Shown one piece after another: positions 15,658-25,279 of a stretch of 28,428 bases of DNA. Under the pieces are notes generated by a model. That model was not told where the DNA came from, ran no database searches, and saw only the letters and a list, made by a program, of their open reading frames with translations. Where the stretch lies: the IMG/VR virus record IMGVR_UViG_2534682139_000012; one strand, 5' to 3'. A program made the translations under genes and the position numbers. Source of the stretch: a virus (lineage: Duplodnaviria > Heunggongvirae > Uroviricota > Caudoviricetes). Every line of letters starts with the position of its first letter. Within the stretch, counting starts at the first letter, position 1.

Positions 15658-16494
15658 ATGGCTAATGAAAAAAAGACATCCCGCAAAAAGTTTCGCGTGG
15701 CTGTCTCCGGATCAACTGTTGATGGCCGTGAAATCAGTCCGGTGCATCTGCGTGAAGCCGCCGAGAACTTCAACCCGGATGTTTACGCTGCCCGCGTGAA
15801 CGTTGAGCACTATCTCTCGCCATGCCCGTCAAGCGAATTTTCCGCAATGGGCGATGTCACCGCACTGAGTACGGAAGACATTACGGAAGGTCCGCTGGCC
15901 GGACGTACTGCGCTGTATGCAGAAATCGAACCGACCGAGCGCATGAAGCAGCTTGTCGCTGACGGCAAGAAAATCTATTCCAGTATCGAACTGCACCCGC
16001 AGTTCTCCGTTAACGGGCGCGCCTATCTGGTCGGGCTGGCGATGACCGACACCCCGGCAAGCCTGGGCACTGAGCGCCTGAAATTCACGGCACAGCAACG
16101 TCAGGCGGTGATGACGTTCAACAGTATCCAGGGTGAAGCACCGCTTATCTCCGAAGCCATCGAGTCTGAAATCATCGAAATGGCAGAACAACGCCAGGAA
16201 GAAGGCACCCAGTGGTTTAACCGCGTAATGGGGATTATTGGTCGTGGCCGCAAAGCGGATGACGCCAGTTTCTCCCGAATTCAGGAAGCGGTGGAAGGCG
16301 TTGCAACGTCACAGGCCGACATTATCGACCGTTTTAATGTGCTGGAAACCCGCCATCAGCAGGACCGCCAGAAAATCACGTCACTGACCACAGAGCTGAC
16401 AGCATTGAAGGAAAAACTGCGCACGCAGGACGGCGATCCGCAGAACCGCTTCACCGCAACAGGTGCAGCCTCCGACCAGCTGGCTGACTTCTGA
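15658..16494 (+). CDS. O: P2 gpO-like capsid scaffolding protein
   Basis: KKFRVAVSGSTVDGREISPVHLREAAENFNPDVYAARVNVEH and YLVGLAMTDTPASLGTE resemble P2 O; start set at the second ATG, which has an RBS. Confidence 0.85.
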   Translation: MANEKKTSRKKFRVAVSGSTVDGREISPVHLREAAENFNPDVYAARVNVEHYLSPCPSSEFSAMGDVTALSTEDITEGPLAGRTALYAEIEPTERMKQLVADGKKIYSSIELHPQFSVNGRAYLVGLAMTDTPASLGTERLKFTAQQRQAVMTFNSIQGEAPLISEAIESEIIEMAEQRQEEGTQWFNRVMGIIGRGRKADDASFSRIQEAVEGVATSQADIIDRFNVLETRHQQDRQKITSLTTELTALKEKLRTQDGDPQNRFTATGAASDQLADF

Positions 16495-16517
16495 TAAGAC
16501 AAAGGAGCAAATTTTTT

Positions 16518-17570
16518 ATGAATCTGGTGATGTCAGATATTACCCGCAACAAGCTGGGTTGCTATATGGCGCAGCAGGCGTCGCTTAATAATATTCCGGT
16601 TTCCGCACTGGTATCGCGATTTACCGTGGAACCCTCGGTGCAGCAGCGTTTTGAAAACGCCTCAAAGGAAAGCACCGAATTTACGAAAAGAATTAACGTG
16701 ATCGGCGTGACCGACCAGAAAGGCGAAAAAATCCTCCTGGACACCACCGGGCCAATTGCGCGCACGAATAGCAGTTATGACGGCATCAAACGCCGTAACC
16801 CGAATAACGTGATCGATATGAAGTCTCGTCAGTACCAGTGCGAACAGGTGAACTACGATACCTTTATTTCGTATCCACAGCTTGATACCTGGGCGGCCCA
16901 CAGCGATTTTCAGTCCCGTATCAGTACACAGATCGCCCGGCAGGTAGCGCTTGATCGCATCATGATTGGCTTTAACGGCACATCCCACGCCTACGAGTCT
17001 GATTTTCACACCAACAAGCTGCTTCAGGACGTTAACGTGGGCTGGCTGGAGCACATCAGAACCGATGCCAGCGAGCGCGTAATGAATGACGTGACGCTGA
17101 CCTCCCGCAACATGGACAACACTGTGGCGCACGCGGGTAAGTATGCGAATGCCGATGCTCTGGTACAGGATGCGCGCTCATCCCTGCTGGATGAATGGCA
17201 CAAGGAAGCTGACGACCTCGCGGTGATTATGGGGCGCAACCTGTTTAACTCGCTGCGTCTGCCCGTGCTGAACAGCATCAGCGGCCAGAATCCCAATGCG
17301 GAATTACTTGCCGGGCAGCTCATCCTGTCATCGCGCACCATTGGCGGGCTGGGCGTGTTCCTTGCGCCGTTCTTCCCGGATGCAACGATGCTGATCACCT
17401 CGTTCAACAACCTGTCGATTTACTGGCAGAAAGGTTCAATGCGTCGCCTGATGAAAGACGAACCGGAATACAACCGCATCGCCACCTACCAGTCCATCAA
17501 TGACGCTTATGTCGTTGAAGACTATGGCAAGTGCGCGATGGTCACTGGCCTGAAGTTCGCCGACAGCTAA
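16518..17570 (+). CDS. N: P2 gpN-like major capsid protein
   Basis: FTVEPSV, GEKI, YQCEQVNYD, MLITSFNNLSIYW and YVVEDY resemble P2 N; 350 aa; RBS AAGGAG. Confidence 0.9.
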   Translation: MNLVMSDITRNKLGCYMAQQASLNNIPVSALVSRFTVEPSVQQRFENASKESTEFTKRINVIGVTDQKGEKILLDTTGPIARTNSSYDGIKRRNPNNVIDMKSRQYQCEQVNYDTFISYPQLDTWAAHSDFQSRISTQIARQVALDRIMIGFNGTSHAYESDFHTNKLLQDVNVGWLEHIRTDASERVMNDVTLTSRNMDNTVAHAGKYANADALVQDARSSLLDEWHKEADDLAVIMGRNLFNSLRLPVLNSISGQNPNAELLAGQLILSSRTIGGLGVFLAPFFPDATMLITSFNNLSIYWQKGSMRRLMKDEPEYNRIATYQSINDAYVVEDYGKCAMVTGLKFADS

Positions 17571-17615
17571 TCAACTCACGGCGGGCATCATGCCCGCCTG
17601 TAACGGAGAGAAAAA

Positions 17616-18416
17616 ATGATTACTCCTGCACAGCAACACTGGCAGAACGTGATGGCACAGCGCGCAGGCCGGGCGAATGAAGGCGTGGACCACGCCGCGC
17701 GTACCGCGCATGAAGAGGTGCTGTATCGTCTGCGTCTGGCACAGGCCCGGCTTAAGGGCGTACAGGCCAGAAGCGCGAAAGCCGCCATCAAAAAAGAGTT
17801 GTTGCCGGACTTTTCCGGCTGGATTGAGGGAACGCTGGAGGCTGACGGCGGGCAACAGGATGAAGTGATTGCCACGCTGATGGTGTGGGCGATTGACTGC
17901 GGCGATCTTCCGCTTGCGCTGCGTATTGGTGCATATGTGGTCCGTCACAACCTCATCATGCCGGATAACTTTGGCCGTACTGCTGCCACGGTACTGACCG
18001 AAGAAATCTGTAACCCGGTATTGACGCAGGCTGGGACGGATGCCGACGCGGATTTGTCCACCTTTATCGAACCACTGGACACACTTTGGGAAATTATCGC
18101 CAACCAGGACATGCCGGACGAAGTGCGCGCCAAATTATGCAAGGCGTGTGCCTTTGCCCGTCGTGGCCTGACCGATGCAGACAACATGGCCTCATCACTG
18201 AAGCTGCTGCGCGAAGCGATGCACCTGAACCCGAACGCAGGTGTGAAACGCGAGATTGCAACCCTTTCCCGCGCCCTGAAAAAAGCTGATTCCGCAGCCG
18301 CACCAGAAGATGCCAGCACACCGCAGACGCAGGACGAAAGCAGCAAAAGTAAAAAGACAACGCGGAAGCCTGCAACACGAAAAACCACCGCGACGCAGAA
18401 GGCGAAGCGCGGTTAA
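17616..18416 (+). CDS. M: P2 gpM-like terminase small subunit
   Basis: Conserved MPDEVRAKL and KKELLP motifs; basic Lys/Arg/Thr-rich C-terminal tail; synteny. Confidence 0.85.
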   Translation: MITPAQQHWQNVMAQRAGRANEGVDHAARTAHEEVLYRLRLAQARLKGVQARSAKAAIKKELLPDFSGWIEGTLEADGGQQDEVIATLMVWAIDCGDLPLALRIGAYVVRHNLIMPDNFGRTAATVLTEEICNPVLTQAGTDADADLSTFIEPLDTLWEIIANQDMPDEVRAKLCKACAFARRGLTDADNMASSLKLLREAMHLNPNAGVKREIATLSRALKKADSAAAPEDASTPQTQDESSKSKKTTRKPATRKTTATQKAKRG

Positions 18417-18517
18417 CGACTGACCCCGTCAGCGGGCGGCGTGCGCGGTGTTCCGGTTTGACTCCGTGACCGTTTACACCGCGCACCCACCGCCCGATTT
18501 TTTCAGGAGTGAACCCC

Positions 18518-19012
18518 ATGAGTATGGTTGCCAGAACCAACCCCGGACCCGCAGAGGACGACATCACCGATACCGATGATGGTGATACCCGTATTTCAGC
18601 GGGTGCATTCTGGCCGGATATTGTGCTGCGTGAGCTGCGTCTGGCGATACGACTGCCGGGCCGCGTGACCACCTCCCGCCTGCTGCATACCGCCACCGGG
18701 GCCATAGCACACGTTACCCGCGAGCTGGAAGCATGGCAGCAGGAACAACAGGCGGCTGGCTATCAGACGCTGGCCGATGTTCCGGCCCCTGTAATTAACG
18801 GAGAAAGCGTCAATCTCTGGCACTGGCGCAATGCTGTTTATACCGCCACACGCGCCCTGATTCTGGAGCGTTACCGCGATGCGGACACAACGGACAAGGG
18901 CGACCGCCGGGCGGACGCACTGGATATACAGACATCGGATTTGTGGCGCGATGTGAGCTGGGCCATCTCTGACATTCTGGGACGACCGCGAATGTTTGCG
19001 GAGCTGTGCTGA
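18518..19012 (+). CDS. L: P2 gpL-like head completion protein
   Basis: LADVPA ... GES ... ERYRD ... KGDRRAD ... LWRD resemble P2 L; start chosen at the ATG 8 nt after AGGAG. Confidence 0.8.
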   Translation: MSMVARTNPGPAEDDITDTDDGDTRISAGAFWPDIVLRELRLAIRLPGRVTTSRLLHTATGAIAHVTRELEAWQQEQQAAGYQTLADVPAPVINGESVNLWHWRNAVYTATRALILERYRDADTTDKGDRRADALDIQTSDLWRDVSWAISDILGRPRMFAELC

Positions 19013-19212
19013 TGAAAGTGAAGGCACTGGAAGGCGACACCGTGGATTCGCTCTGTTTCCGGTACTACGGCACGACACAGGGCGTCACCGAAAAGGTGCT
19101 GGATGCCAACCCCGGACTCTGTCAGCAGGTATTTCTGGACGCCGGGCAGGAAGTGGAGATGCCGGAGCCGGAGAAGAAGAAACGAGAAATGATTCAGTTG
19201 TGGGGGGAGTAG
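19012..19212 (+). CDS. X: P2 gpX-like tail protein (LysM-like)
   Basis: MKVKALEGDTVDSLCFRYYGTTQGVTEKVLDANPGL resembles P2 X (MKTFALQGDTLDAICVRYYGRTEGVVETVLAANPGL). Confidence 0.8.
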   Translation: MKVKALEGDTVDSLCFRYYGTTQGVTEKVLDANPGLCQQVFLDAGQEVEMPEPEKKKREMIQLWGE

Positions 19213-19214
19213 CA

Positions 19215-19538
19215 GTGAGCACCATTCAAACAGGGATCACAGAGCAGGTTATTGCGTGGCTCTTTGACCACCTGCCAACGGTGTATGCAGTAGGCGCGGC
19301 GGTCAGCATTTCCGCGCTGATGAGTCTTTATGACGGACGAACACTGGTTCAGACCGTAACGGGATCGCTGGCGTGCGGCGTTCTTGCCATGGCCGTGGCC
19401 GGGTCGCTGCGCTTCTTCGGGATCCCTGAGGATGCAGTGACGTTTTTTGGTGCCTCAATCGGTTTTATGGGCGCAGAGAAAGCACGCGACAAGGTTATTG
19501 CAATATTTGATCGCAGGGTGAAGGAGAGGAACGAATGA
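19215..19538 (+). CDS. Putative holin (gpY position)
   Basis: About 107 aa with two or three hydrophobic helices and a charged C-terminus; GTG start after GGGGGAG; immediately upstream of the endolysin. Confidence 0.6.
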   Translation: MSTIQTGITEQVIAWLFDHLPTVYAVGAAVSISALMSLYDGRTLVQTVTGSLACGVLAMAVAGSLRFFGIPEDAVTFFGASIGFMGAEKARDKVIAIFDRRVKERNE

Positions 19539-19927
19539 GCAACACATTTAAATTCAGCAGCCGGAGCGAAAAGAATTTGCAGGGTGTAAATCCTGATCTG
19601 GTGAAAGTGACCCGACGGGCGCTGGAAATCTCGGAAGTGGATTTTGGTATCACCGAAGGATTGCGCAGTCGTTATCGTCAGAAGCAGCTCGTGACCACAG
19701 GCAAGAGCCAGACCATGAACAGTCGCCATCTCACAGGGCATGCCGTGGATGTTGTGGCTTATGTCGGCAACCAGGTGTCATGGGAATGGCCGCTGTACGA
19801 AAAAATCGCAGCAGCATTCAGACAGGCCAGCCAGGAACTGAATATTCCGGTGGAATGGGGCGGCGACTGGAAGACCCTGAAAGACGGACCGCATTTTCAG
19901 TTACCACACGGAGCCTATCCGGCATGA
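19535..19927 (+). CDS. Endolysin, peptidase M15 family (L-alanyl-D-glutamate peptidase, T5-endolysin-like)
   Basis: MSNTFKFSSRSEKNL ... VTRRALEIS ... DFGITEGLRS ... HLTGHAVDV ... WGGDW ... GPHFQL resembles T5 endolysin including its zinc-ligand His/Asp positions. Confidence 0.85.
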   Translation: MSNTFKFSSRSEKNLQGVNPDLVKVTRRALEISEVDFGITEGLRSRYRQKQLVTTGKSQTMNSRHLTGHAVDVVAYVGNQVSWEWPLYEKIAAAFRQASQELNIPVEWGGDWKTLKDGPHFQLPHGAYPA

Positions 19928-20319
19928 AGCTCTGGCCCACGCTTGGCGTCGCTTTCCTTCTGATTACATCCATGCGTCTGTCGTGGTCGCTGGGCCGGGA
20001 GAACGCCAGAAACGAAGCGCAGGCCAGCACCCTGAAAAGTACCGTCGACACACTGAATATCATCAGCGCCGGGGTACAGGATATGCAGCAGGTGCTGGCT
20101 CAGCTCCGCGCGGAAAATCAGCAACGCAATCAGGACGGAGAGGTAAGACGTGAACAGCTACGCAACGATATTGCAAAAGATGAATGCGCCCACGCTTTGC
20201 CTGACGCTCGTTTTACTGACAGGTTGCGCAGGCACGCAGAACGCGCCAGGGCCAGCGCCGTCAGTCCGGCTTATACCGCAGACGCTGACCATGCCGGTAA
20301 CGCCTCCCCCCTTCCCTGA
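19924..20319 (+). CDS. Rz-like inner-membrane spanin (LysB position)
   Basis: N-terminal TM (MKLWPTLGVAFLLITSM) followed by a coiled-coil-like region; ATGA overlap with the endolysin. Confidence 0.6.
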   Translation: MKLWPTLGVAFLLITSMRLSWSLGRENARNEAQASTLKSTVDTLNIISAGVQDMQQVLAQLRAENQQRNQDGEVRREQLRNDIAKDECAHALPDARFTDRLRRHAERARASAVSPAYTADADHAGNASPLP

Positions 20320-20461
20320 CCCACCCACATGGGGAAACCTCGGAATATGGGGCGACCGCCTTCTGGATGCACTGGAAACCTGTAACGCGGATAAACGGGC
20401 CATTGCTGAACTGGATAAGAGAATAGCCGAACTGACACACCAGACGGGAGTAACACAATGA
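20180..20461 (+). CDS. Rz1-like outer-membrane lipoprotein spanin (LysC position), overlapping the Rz-like gene in the +1 frame
   Basis: Lipobox LVLLTGC and a Pro-rich body (PVTPPPFPDPP); start could instead be 20150. Confidence 0.55.
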   Translation: MNAPTLCLTLVLLTGCAGTQNAPGPAPSVRLIPQTLTMPVTPPPFPDPPTWGNLGIWGDRLLDALETCNADKRAIAELDKRIAELTHQTGVTQ

Positions 20462-22335
20462 CCAGTAAGAACTTTGCACTGATTACAGCCATGACACAGG
20501 CTGAACTGACTCAAAAGGTGAATGAACATCTTGCGAAAGGGTGGCATCTTCAGGGGGAGACGCGGGTTGCCTACGAACCCGGCACCCCGTGGTATCTAAT
20601 GCAGGCAATGGTGGCCGATGGCACTACAGACATCTCACCTGATTCCCCCCAGCACGGCAGCGTGCCGGAGTGGTATTACGTGGTGGTACTTGCTGGTCAA
20701 TCCAATGCCATGTCATATGGTGAGGGAATGCCGCTGCCGGATTCTTACGATGCGCCCCACCCACGCATTAAGCAACTGGCCCGTCGCAACACAGTGACTC
20801 CCGGTGGTAAAGCATGCGCATTTAACGACATCATTCCGGCAGACCACTGCCTGCATGATGTTCAGGATATGAGCGCACTGAATCACCCGAATGCAGACCT
20901 GAGCAAAGGGCAGTATGGCTGTGTCGGACAGGGCTTGCATATTGCCAAACGCCTGTTGCCTTACATTCCACAGAATGCCGGGATTTTACTGGTTCCATGC
21001 TGTCGTGGTGGTTCGGCATTCACCCAGGGCGCGGAGGGGACATTCAGCGAGTCCACAGGAGCCAGTCAGGATTCGGCTCGCTGGGGTGTGGGTAAACCTT
21101 TATATCAGGACCTGATTTTGCGCACGAAGGCCGCATTGCAGAAAAACCCAAAAAACATGCTGCTGGCCGTATGCTGGATGCAGGGCGAATTTGACATGAG
21201 CGCCGCTACGTACTCACAGCAACCTCCGCTGTTTACGGCCATGCTGAAACAGTTTCGTGCGGACATTACCGAGTTTAACACGCAGTGTCATGGAGGCAGA
21301 GCGGCAAGTGTGCCATGGATTTGTGGTGACACGACGTATTACTGGAAAAACACCTACGGCACGCAGTACGACACCATTTACGGGGCGTACAAAAACAGGG
21401 AGAGCGACAACGTTTTCTTTGTGCCGTTCCTGACCGATGGTAGTGGCAACAATACCTCCACCAACGCACCAACGGAAGATCCGGATGCTGCAAGTGAGGG
21501 ATATTACGGTTCGGCATCCCGAACGAACAAAAACTGGGTATCATCAAATCGCCAGACGCATTTCAGCTCATGGGCGCGTCGTGGCATTATTCCCGATCGT
21601 ATGGCAACCGCTATTCTGAACGTAGCCGGTCGCACCTTAGCCTTCATCAGTGGTAAGGCACCGGAAATCAAACCCTCGCCCGGCGGCGACACGCCATCGG
21701 GGCCGTCTGAAGATGCATCCGTACGCACAATCTCCCTGTTGCCGACAGCCGGAGATGCTGCTGCGCAGGGCTGGAGCATTAAGAATGGCGGAATTCAGTT
21801 GTCAGAGGGTGTATTTAAGATCACCAAGCAGAGCAATAAAGCCTGGTCCCTGACGCGCCCGGTGGATGACGCAGTCTCCCTGCTGACACGGGGTGGCAGA
21901 CTGAGCTGTAAGTTTCGACTGTCAGGCGCACTGACCAACAATCAGTTCGGTCTGGGAATTTATCTGTATACCGATGTAGCGTTACCTGACGTCGTGGCGA
22001 TGACCGGGACTGGTAACCCGTTCCTGATGTCGTTCTTCACCCAGACCACAGACGGCAAACTGAATCTGATGCATCACAAGAAAGCAGGAAACACAAAGTT
22101 GGGCGAGTTCGGGAATTACAGTAACGACTGGCAGACGCTGGAGCTGGTGTTCACCGCCGGCAGTGCCACGGTTACTCCGAAACTGAATGGAGTGGCTGGC
22201 CCGGCATTCCAGGTCATAAAAGACAGTCTGACACTGGGGCTGAATGCGCTGACGTTAACTGATATCACTAAAAATGCCGCGTACGGCGTCGATATCGGCA
22301 GCCTGGTGCTGGAAATCAATAATCCCGCAGCATAA
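20458..22335 (+). CDS. NanS-like sialate O-acetylesterase family protein (SGNH/SASA domain with an N-terminal DUF1737-like domain); moron between the lysis cassette and tail genes
   Basis: N-terminus MTSKNFALITAMTQAELTQKVNEHLAKGWHLQGE; SASA-type active-site block VVVLAGQSNAMSYGEG; 625 aa; this slot is absent from canonical P2 between lysC and R. Confidence 0.65.
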   Translation: MTSKNFALITAMTQAELTQKVNEHLAKGWHLQGETRVAYEPGTPWYLMQAMVADGTTDISPDSPQHGSVPEWYYVVVLAGQSNAMSYGEGMPLPDSYDAPHPRIKQLARRNTVTPGGKACAFNDIIPADHCLHDVQDMSALNHPNADLSKGQYGCVGQGLHIAKRLLPYIPQNAGILLVPCCRGGSAFTQGAEGTFSESTGASQDSARWGVGKPLYQDLILRTKAALQKNPKNMLLAVCWMQGEFDMSAATYSQQPPLFTAMLKQFRADITEFNTQCHGGRAASVPWICGDTTYYWKNTYGTQYDTIYGAYKNRESDNVFFVPFLTDGSGNNTSTNAPTEDPDAASEGYYGSASRTNKNWVSSNRQTHFSSWARRGIIPDRMATAILNVAGRTLAFISGKAPEIKPSPGGDTPSGPSEDASVRTISLLPTAGDAAAQGWSIKNGGIQLSEGVFKITKQSNKAWSLTRPVDDAVSLLTRGGRLSCKFRLSGALTNNQFGLGIYLYTDVALPDVVAMTGTGNPFLMSFFTQTTDGKLNLMHHKKAGNTKLGEFGNYSNDWQTLELVFTAGSATVTPKLNGVAGPAFQVIKDSLTLGLNALTLTDITKNAAYGVDIGSLVLEINNPAA

Positions 22336-22358
22336 GGAAGAGCAGGAGAGCAAAACAG

Positions 22359-22826
22359 ATGCTTAAGACAAACAGTCTGCGAGAGTCCATGCTTCATGGG
22401 TGTCGGTGGTGCCAGGCTAATCCCGAGAAATTCACCATTTTCGTGGAGAGCGGCAACATTGAAACGACCGGAGAAGCGCCCTCGTTTGTTTACCGCTATC
22501 AGATGGTGATGTTTGTCATGGATTACGCCGGAGAGCTGGACGACCTCACGCTGCCGCTGCTGGCGTGGTTATCCGAAAATCAGCCACAGTTGTTGCTCAA
22601 TCCGGAGCGTAATCAGGACATCAAATTTTCTGCCGTTATCAATGACGATGACAGCGCCGATCTCCTGTTTACGCTCCCCCTGCGGGAACGCGTTCGCATC
22701 ACGCGCAACAGTCAGGGCACACCGCAGGCAGAACACCTGCCGGAGCCAAAACCCCGTCTGCCTTCTTCCGAAGGCGACTGGTCGCATGTATTCCAGGATG
22801 TGACGTGGGGTGAAAGCGATGGATAA
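22359..22826 (+). CDS. R: P2 gpR-like tail completion protein
   Basis: 155 aa, the same length as recalled for P2 R; synteny. Confidence 0.8.
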   Translation: MLKTNSLRESMLHGCRWCQANPEKFTIFVESGNIETTGEAPSFVYRYQMVMFVMDYAGELDDLTLPLLAWLSENQPQLLLNPERNQDIKFSAVINDDDSADLLFTLPLRERVRITRNSQGTPQAEHLPEPKPRLPSSEGDWSHVFQDVTWGESDG

Positions 22827-23454
22827 GGCATTCACCCGCGTGGATGAAACCTTTGAGGCTATCCGCGACAGCCTGAATCAGCAGGCCATCAATAACATCG
22901 CCAGAAAGCTGGCACAGGATTTACGTCGCGCCCAGCAGGCACGTATCCGGTCACAAAAAGCGCCGGACGGGACCGAATGGACACCACGCAGACGCCGCGT
23001 AACCCGGATACAGGAGCGCATTCGCTTTATCTGGAATAACGAAGCACGCACGCTGAAAAACTGGCATCACGACACAGGGAAATACGGGCGAACCATTACC
23101 GGGTGGGATGAGGATAAAAACAATATCCGCACGTTTTACCGGGATGACATCGACCGTTTTCTGGAAATACGCACCCGGCGCATCAACCAGGACAGCACAA
23201 AGCGCGTCCCCATGTTCGTAAAACTGCGCACCGCCCGCTACCTGAAAGCCCGTGCAGATGCTTCCGGTGTGACGGTGGGTTACAGCGGCGTGGCCGCACG
23301 TATTGCCCGCGTTCATCAGTTCGGTGAGCGCGATCAGGTTGCGCCGGGCATTTTCACCGATTACCCGGTACGTGAGCTGCTGGGTATCAGCCAGGCAGAT
23401 GAACGCCTGATTTATAACACGGTGCTGGGCCGGATTGCGGAGGCTGTACGGTGA
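22819..23454 (+). CDS. S: P2 gpS-like tail completion / virion morphogenesis protein
   Basis: MDKAFTRVDETFEAIRDSLNQ start; overlaps the R stop; longer than recalled for P2 S (about 150 aa). Confidence 0.7.
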   Translation: MDKAFTRVDETFEAIRDSLNQQAINNIARKLAQDLRRAQQARIRSQKAPDGTEWTPRRRRVTRIQERIRFIWNNEARTLKNWHHDTGKYGRTITGWDEDKNNIRTFYRDDIDRFLEIRTRRINQDSTKRVPMFVKLRTARYLKARADASGVTVGYSGVAARIARVHQFGERDQVAPGIFTDYPVRELLGISQADERLIYNTVLGRIAEAVR

Positions 23455-24032
23455 GCGCAGAACTCATGCGACTGCTGAGCAACATCATCCGCACCGGGAT
23501 TATCTCTGAAGTTGATGAGAAGTCCTGGTGCGTGCGCGTTCGCAGCGGCGAACTGGAAACAGGCTGGTTGCGCTGGAACACCACGCGCGCGGGAGCCTTC
23601 AATGTGTGGCTGCCGCCATCACCCGGCGAACAGGTGGTAATTGCCTGCATTGGCGGCAACCCGGAAACCGCCATGATAATTGGCAGCCTGTGGAGTGATG
23701 CCAGTCCGGCACCCGGCAAAAGCCTGAAAGAAATCGTGGTCAGCGCGCCGGACGGCGCGGTGTTCCGCTACGACGCGGACGCAGGCGCACTGAGTGCCAG
23801 CGGCATGAAAACGGCCACTTTGCAGGCATCCGTCAGCGTGAAACTGGATACGCCCGTCGTGGAATGCACAAACCTTCTGAAAACAGCCGAGATTGACGTC
23901 ACAAAAGGGGGAAAGATGAGCGGCAATATCACGCACAGTGGCGGCGATTTCACCTCAAACGGCATCACAGTGCATACGCATAAGCACGGTGGCGTTAAAG
24001 GTGGCAGCGATTCGACAGGAGGCCCGCAGTGA
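23451..24032 (+). CDS. V: P2 gpV-like baseplate spike/assembly protein
   Basis: IRTGII ... GEQVVIACIGG ... VECTN ... KGGKMSGNITHSGG ... SNGITVHTHKHGG resemble P2 V; GTG start overlapping the S stop. Confidence 0.85.
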   Translation: MSAELMRLLSNIIRTGIISEVDEKSWCVRVRSGELETGWLRWNTTRAGAFNVWLPPSPGEQVVIACIGGNPETAMIIGSLWSDASPAPGKSLKEIVVSAPDGAVFRYDADAGALSASGMKTATLQASVSVKLDTPVVECTNLLKTAEIDVTKGGKMSGNITHSGGDFTSNGITVHTHKHGGVKGGSDSTGGPQ

Positions 24033-24379
24033 CAACCCGCTACACAGGAATGAATCCGGACGGAACGGGAAACCTGAACGATATGGAGCACCTGAAACAG
24101 TCAGTCAGGGACATCCTGACCACCCCGCTGGCAAGCCGGGTTATGCGACGGGAATATGGCAGCCTTGTGCCTGATTTGATTGACGAACCCATGAATAACA
24201 CCACGCGTCTGCAATGCATGAGCGCTGCCGTGATTGCACTGACACGATGGGAACCCCGCATTGCCCTGGACGCCATCGACGTTGTCTGGAAGGCAGGAGG
24301 CCGCGCCGGGGTGACGCTGTCGGGCACTGTCATGCAGACCATGCAGAATGTTGAATTAACCATCACGCTGAGAGAGTAA
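24029..24379 (+). CDS. W: P2 gpW-like baseplate wedge protein (GPW/gp25 family)
   Basis: 116 aa; SVRDILTTPLASRVMRREYGSL is typical of the gp25/W family; synteny. Confidence 0.85.
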   Translation: MTTRYTGMNPDGTGNLNDMEHLKQSVRDILTTPLASRVMRREYGSLVPDLIDEPMNNTTRLQCMSAAVIALTRWEPRIALDAIDVVWKAGGRAGVTLSGTVMQTMQNVELTITLRE

Positions 24380-24382
24380 ATC

Positions 24383-25279
24383 ATGCCTGCCGTTGACCTT
24401 TCCCAGTTACCGGAACCCGCCATCATCGCGGAGCCTGACTTTGAGGCAATTCTGGCTGACACAAAGGCCATGATGATTGCGTCCTATCCCGCCGAACAGC
24501 GTGAAGCCGTTTCCGCCGCGCTGGAGCTGGAATCGGAACCCCTTAACGTTATCGCTCAAACCATGTCGTTTCGTGAAATGCTGTTACGCCAGCGGGTTAA
24601 CGAGGGCGCACGCGCCTGCATGTTAAGCCACGGTTCAGGGACAAACCTGGACAACCTCGCGGGCAATATGAACACAAAGCGCCTGGTTATCACTCCGGCA
24701 ACGGATACCACCGACGCGGTGATGGAGAGCGACACCTCGCTGAGACTGCGGGCGCAGCGGGCGTATGACGGCCTGAGTGTTGCAGGCCCGTCAGGCGCAT
24801 ACGAGTATTTTGCACGCAGCGCCAGCGGTCTGGTGCGTGATGCGCGGGCCATCAGCCCGTCTCCGGCCTGTGTGACGGTTTCCATCCTGTCCACAGAGGG
24901 CGACGGCACAGCAACGGAGGCGTTGCTTAATACCGTTCGCGCTGTTCTGAATGCAGAGGATACCCGCCCGGTGGCCGACCGCCTTACTGTACAGAGCGCC
25001 AGAATCGTGACATGGCGGCTGAATGCAAAACTGTACTTTTACCCCGGCCCGGAATCCGAACCTATTCTGGCCGCGGCGGAATCGTCGTTCAGGAAGTGGC
25101 TGTCTGAGCAGGGGCTTATCGGTCAGGACGTGGCGTTGTCAGCCATTGCTGCCGCACTGCATGTGCACGGTGTGCAACGCGTGGAGATAATCGAACCCAC
25201 ACAGAATATGGCCATCAGCGACATACAGGCGGCGCGCTGTGAGTCATTCACCATCAGCGAAGGTGGGCGTAATGAGTAA
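24383..25279 (+). CDS. J: P2 gpJ-like baseplate assembly protein
   Basis: 298 aa; synteny and length match P2 J. Confidence 0.85.
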   Translation: MPAVDLSQLPEPAIIAEPDFEAILADTKAMMIASYPAEQREAVSAALELESEPLNVIAQTMSFREMLLRQRVNEGARACMLSHGSGTNLDNLAGNMNTKRLVITPATDTTDAVMESDTSLRLRAQRAYDGLSVAGPSGAYEYFARSASGLVRDARAISPSPACVTVSILSTEGDGTATEALLNTVRAVLNAEDTRPVADRLTVQSARIVTWRLNAKLYFYPGPESEPILAAAESSFRKWLSEQGLIGQDVALSAIAAALHVHGVQRVEIIEPTQNMAISDIQAARCESFTISEGGRNE

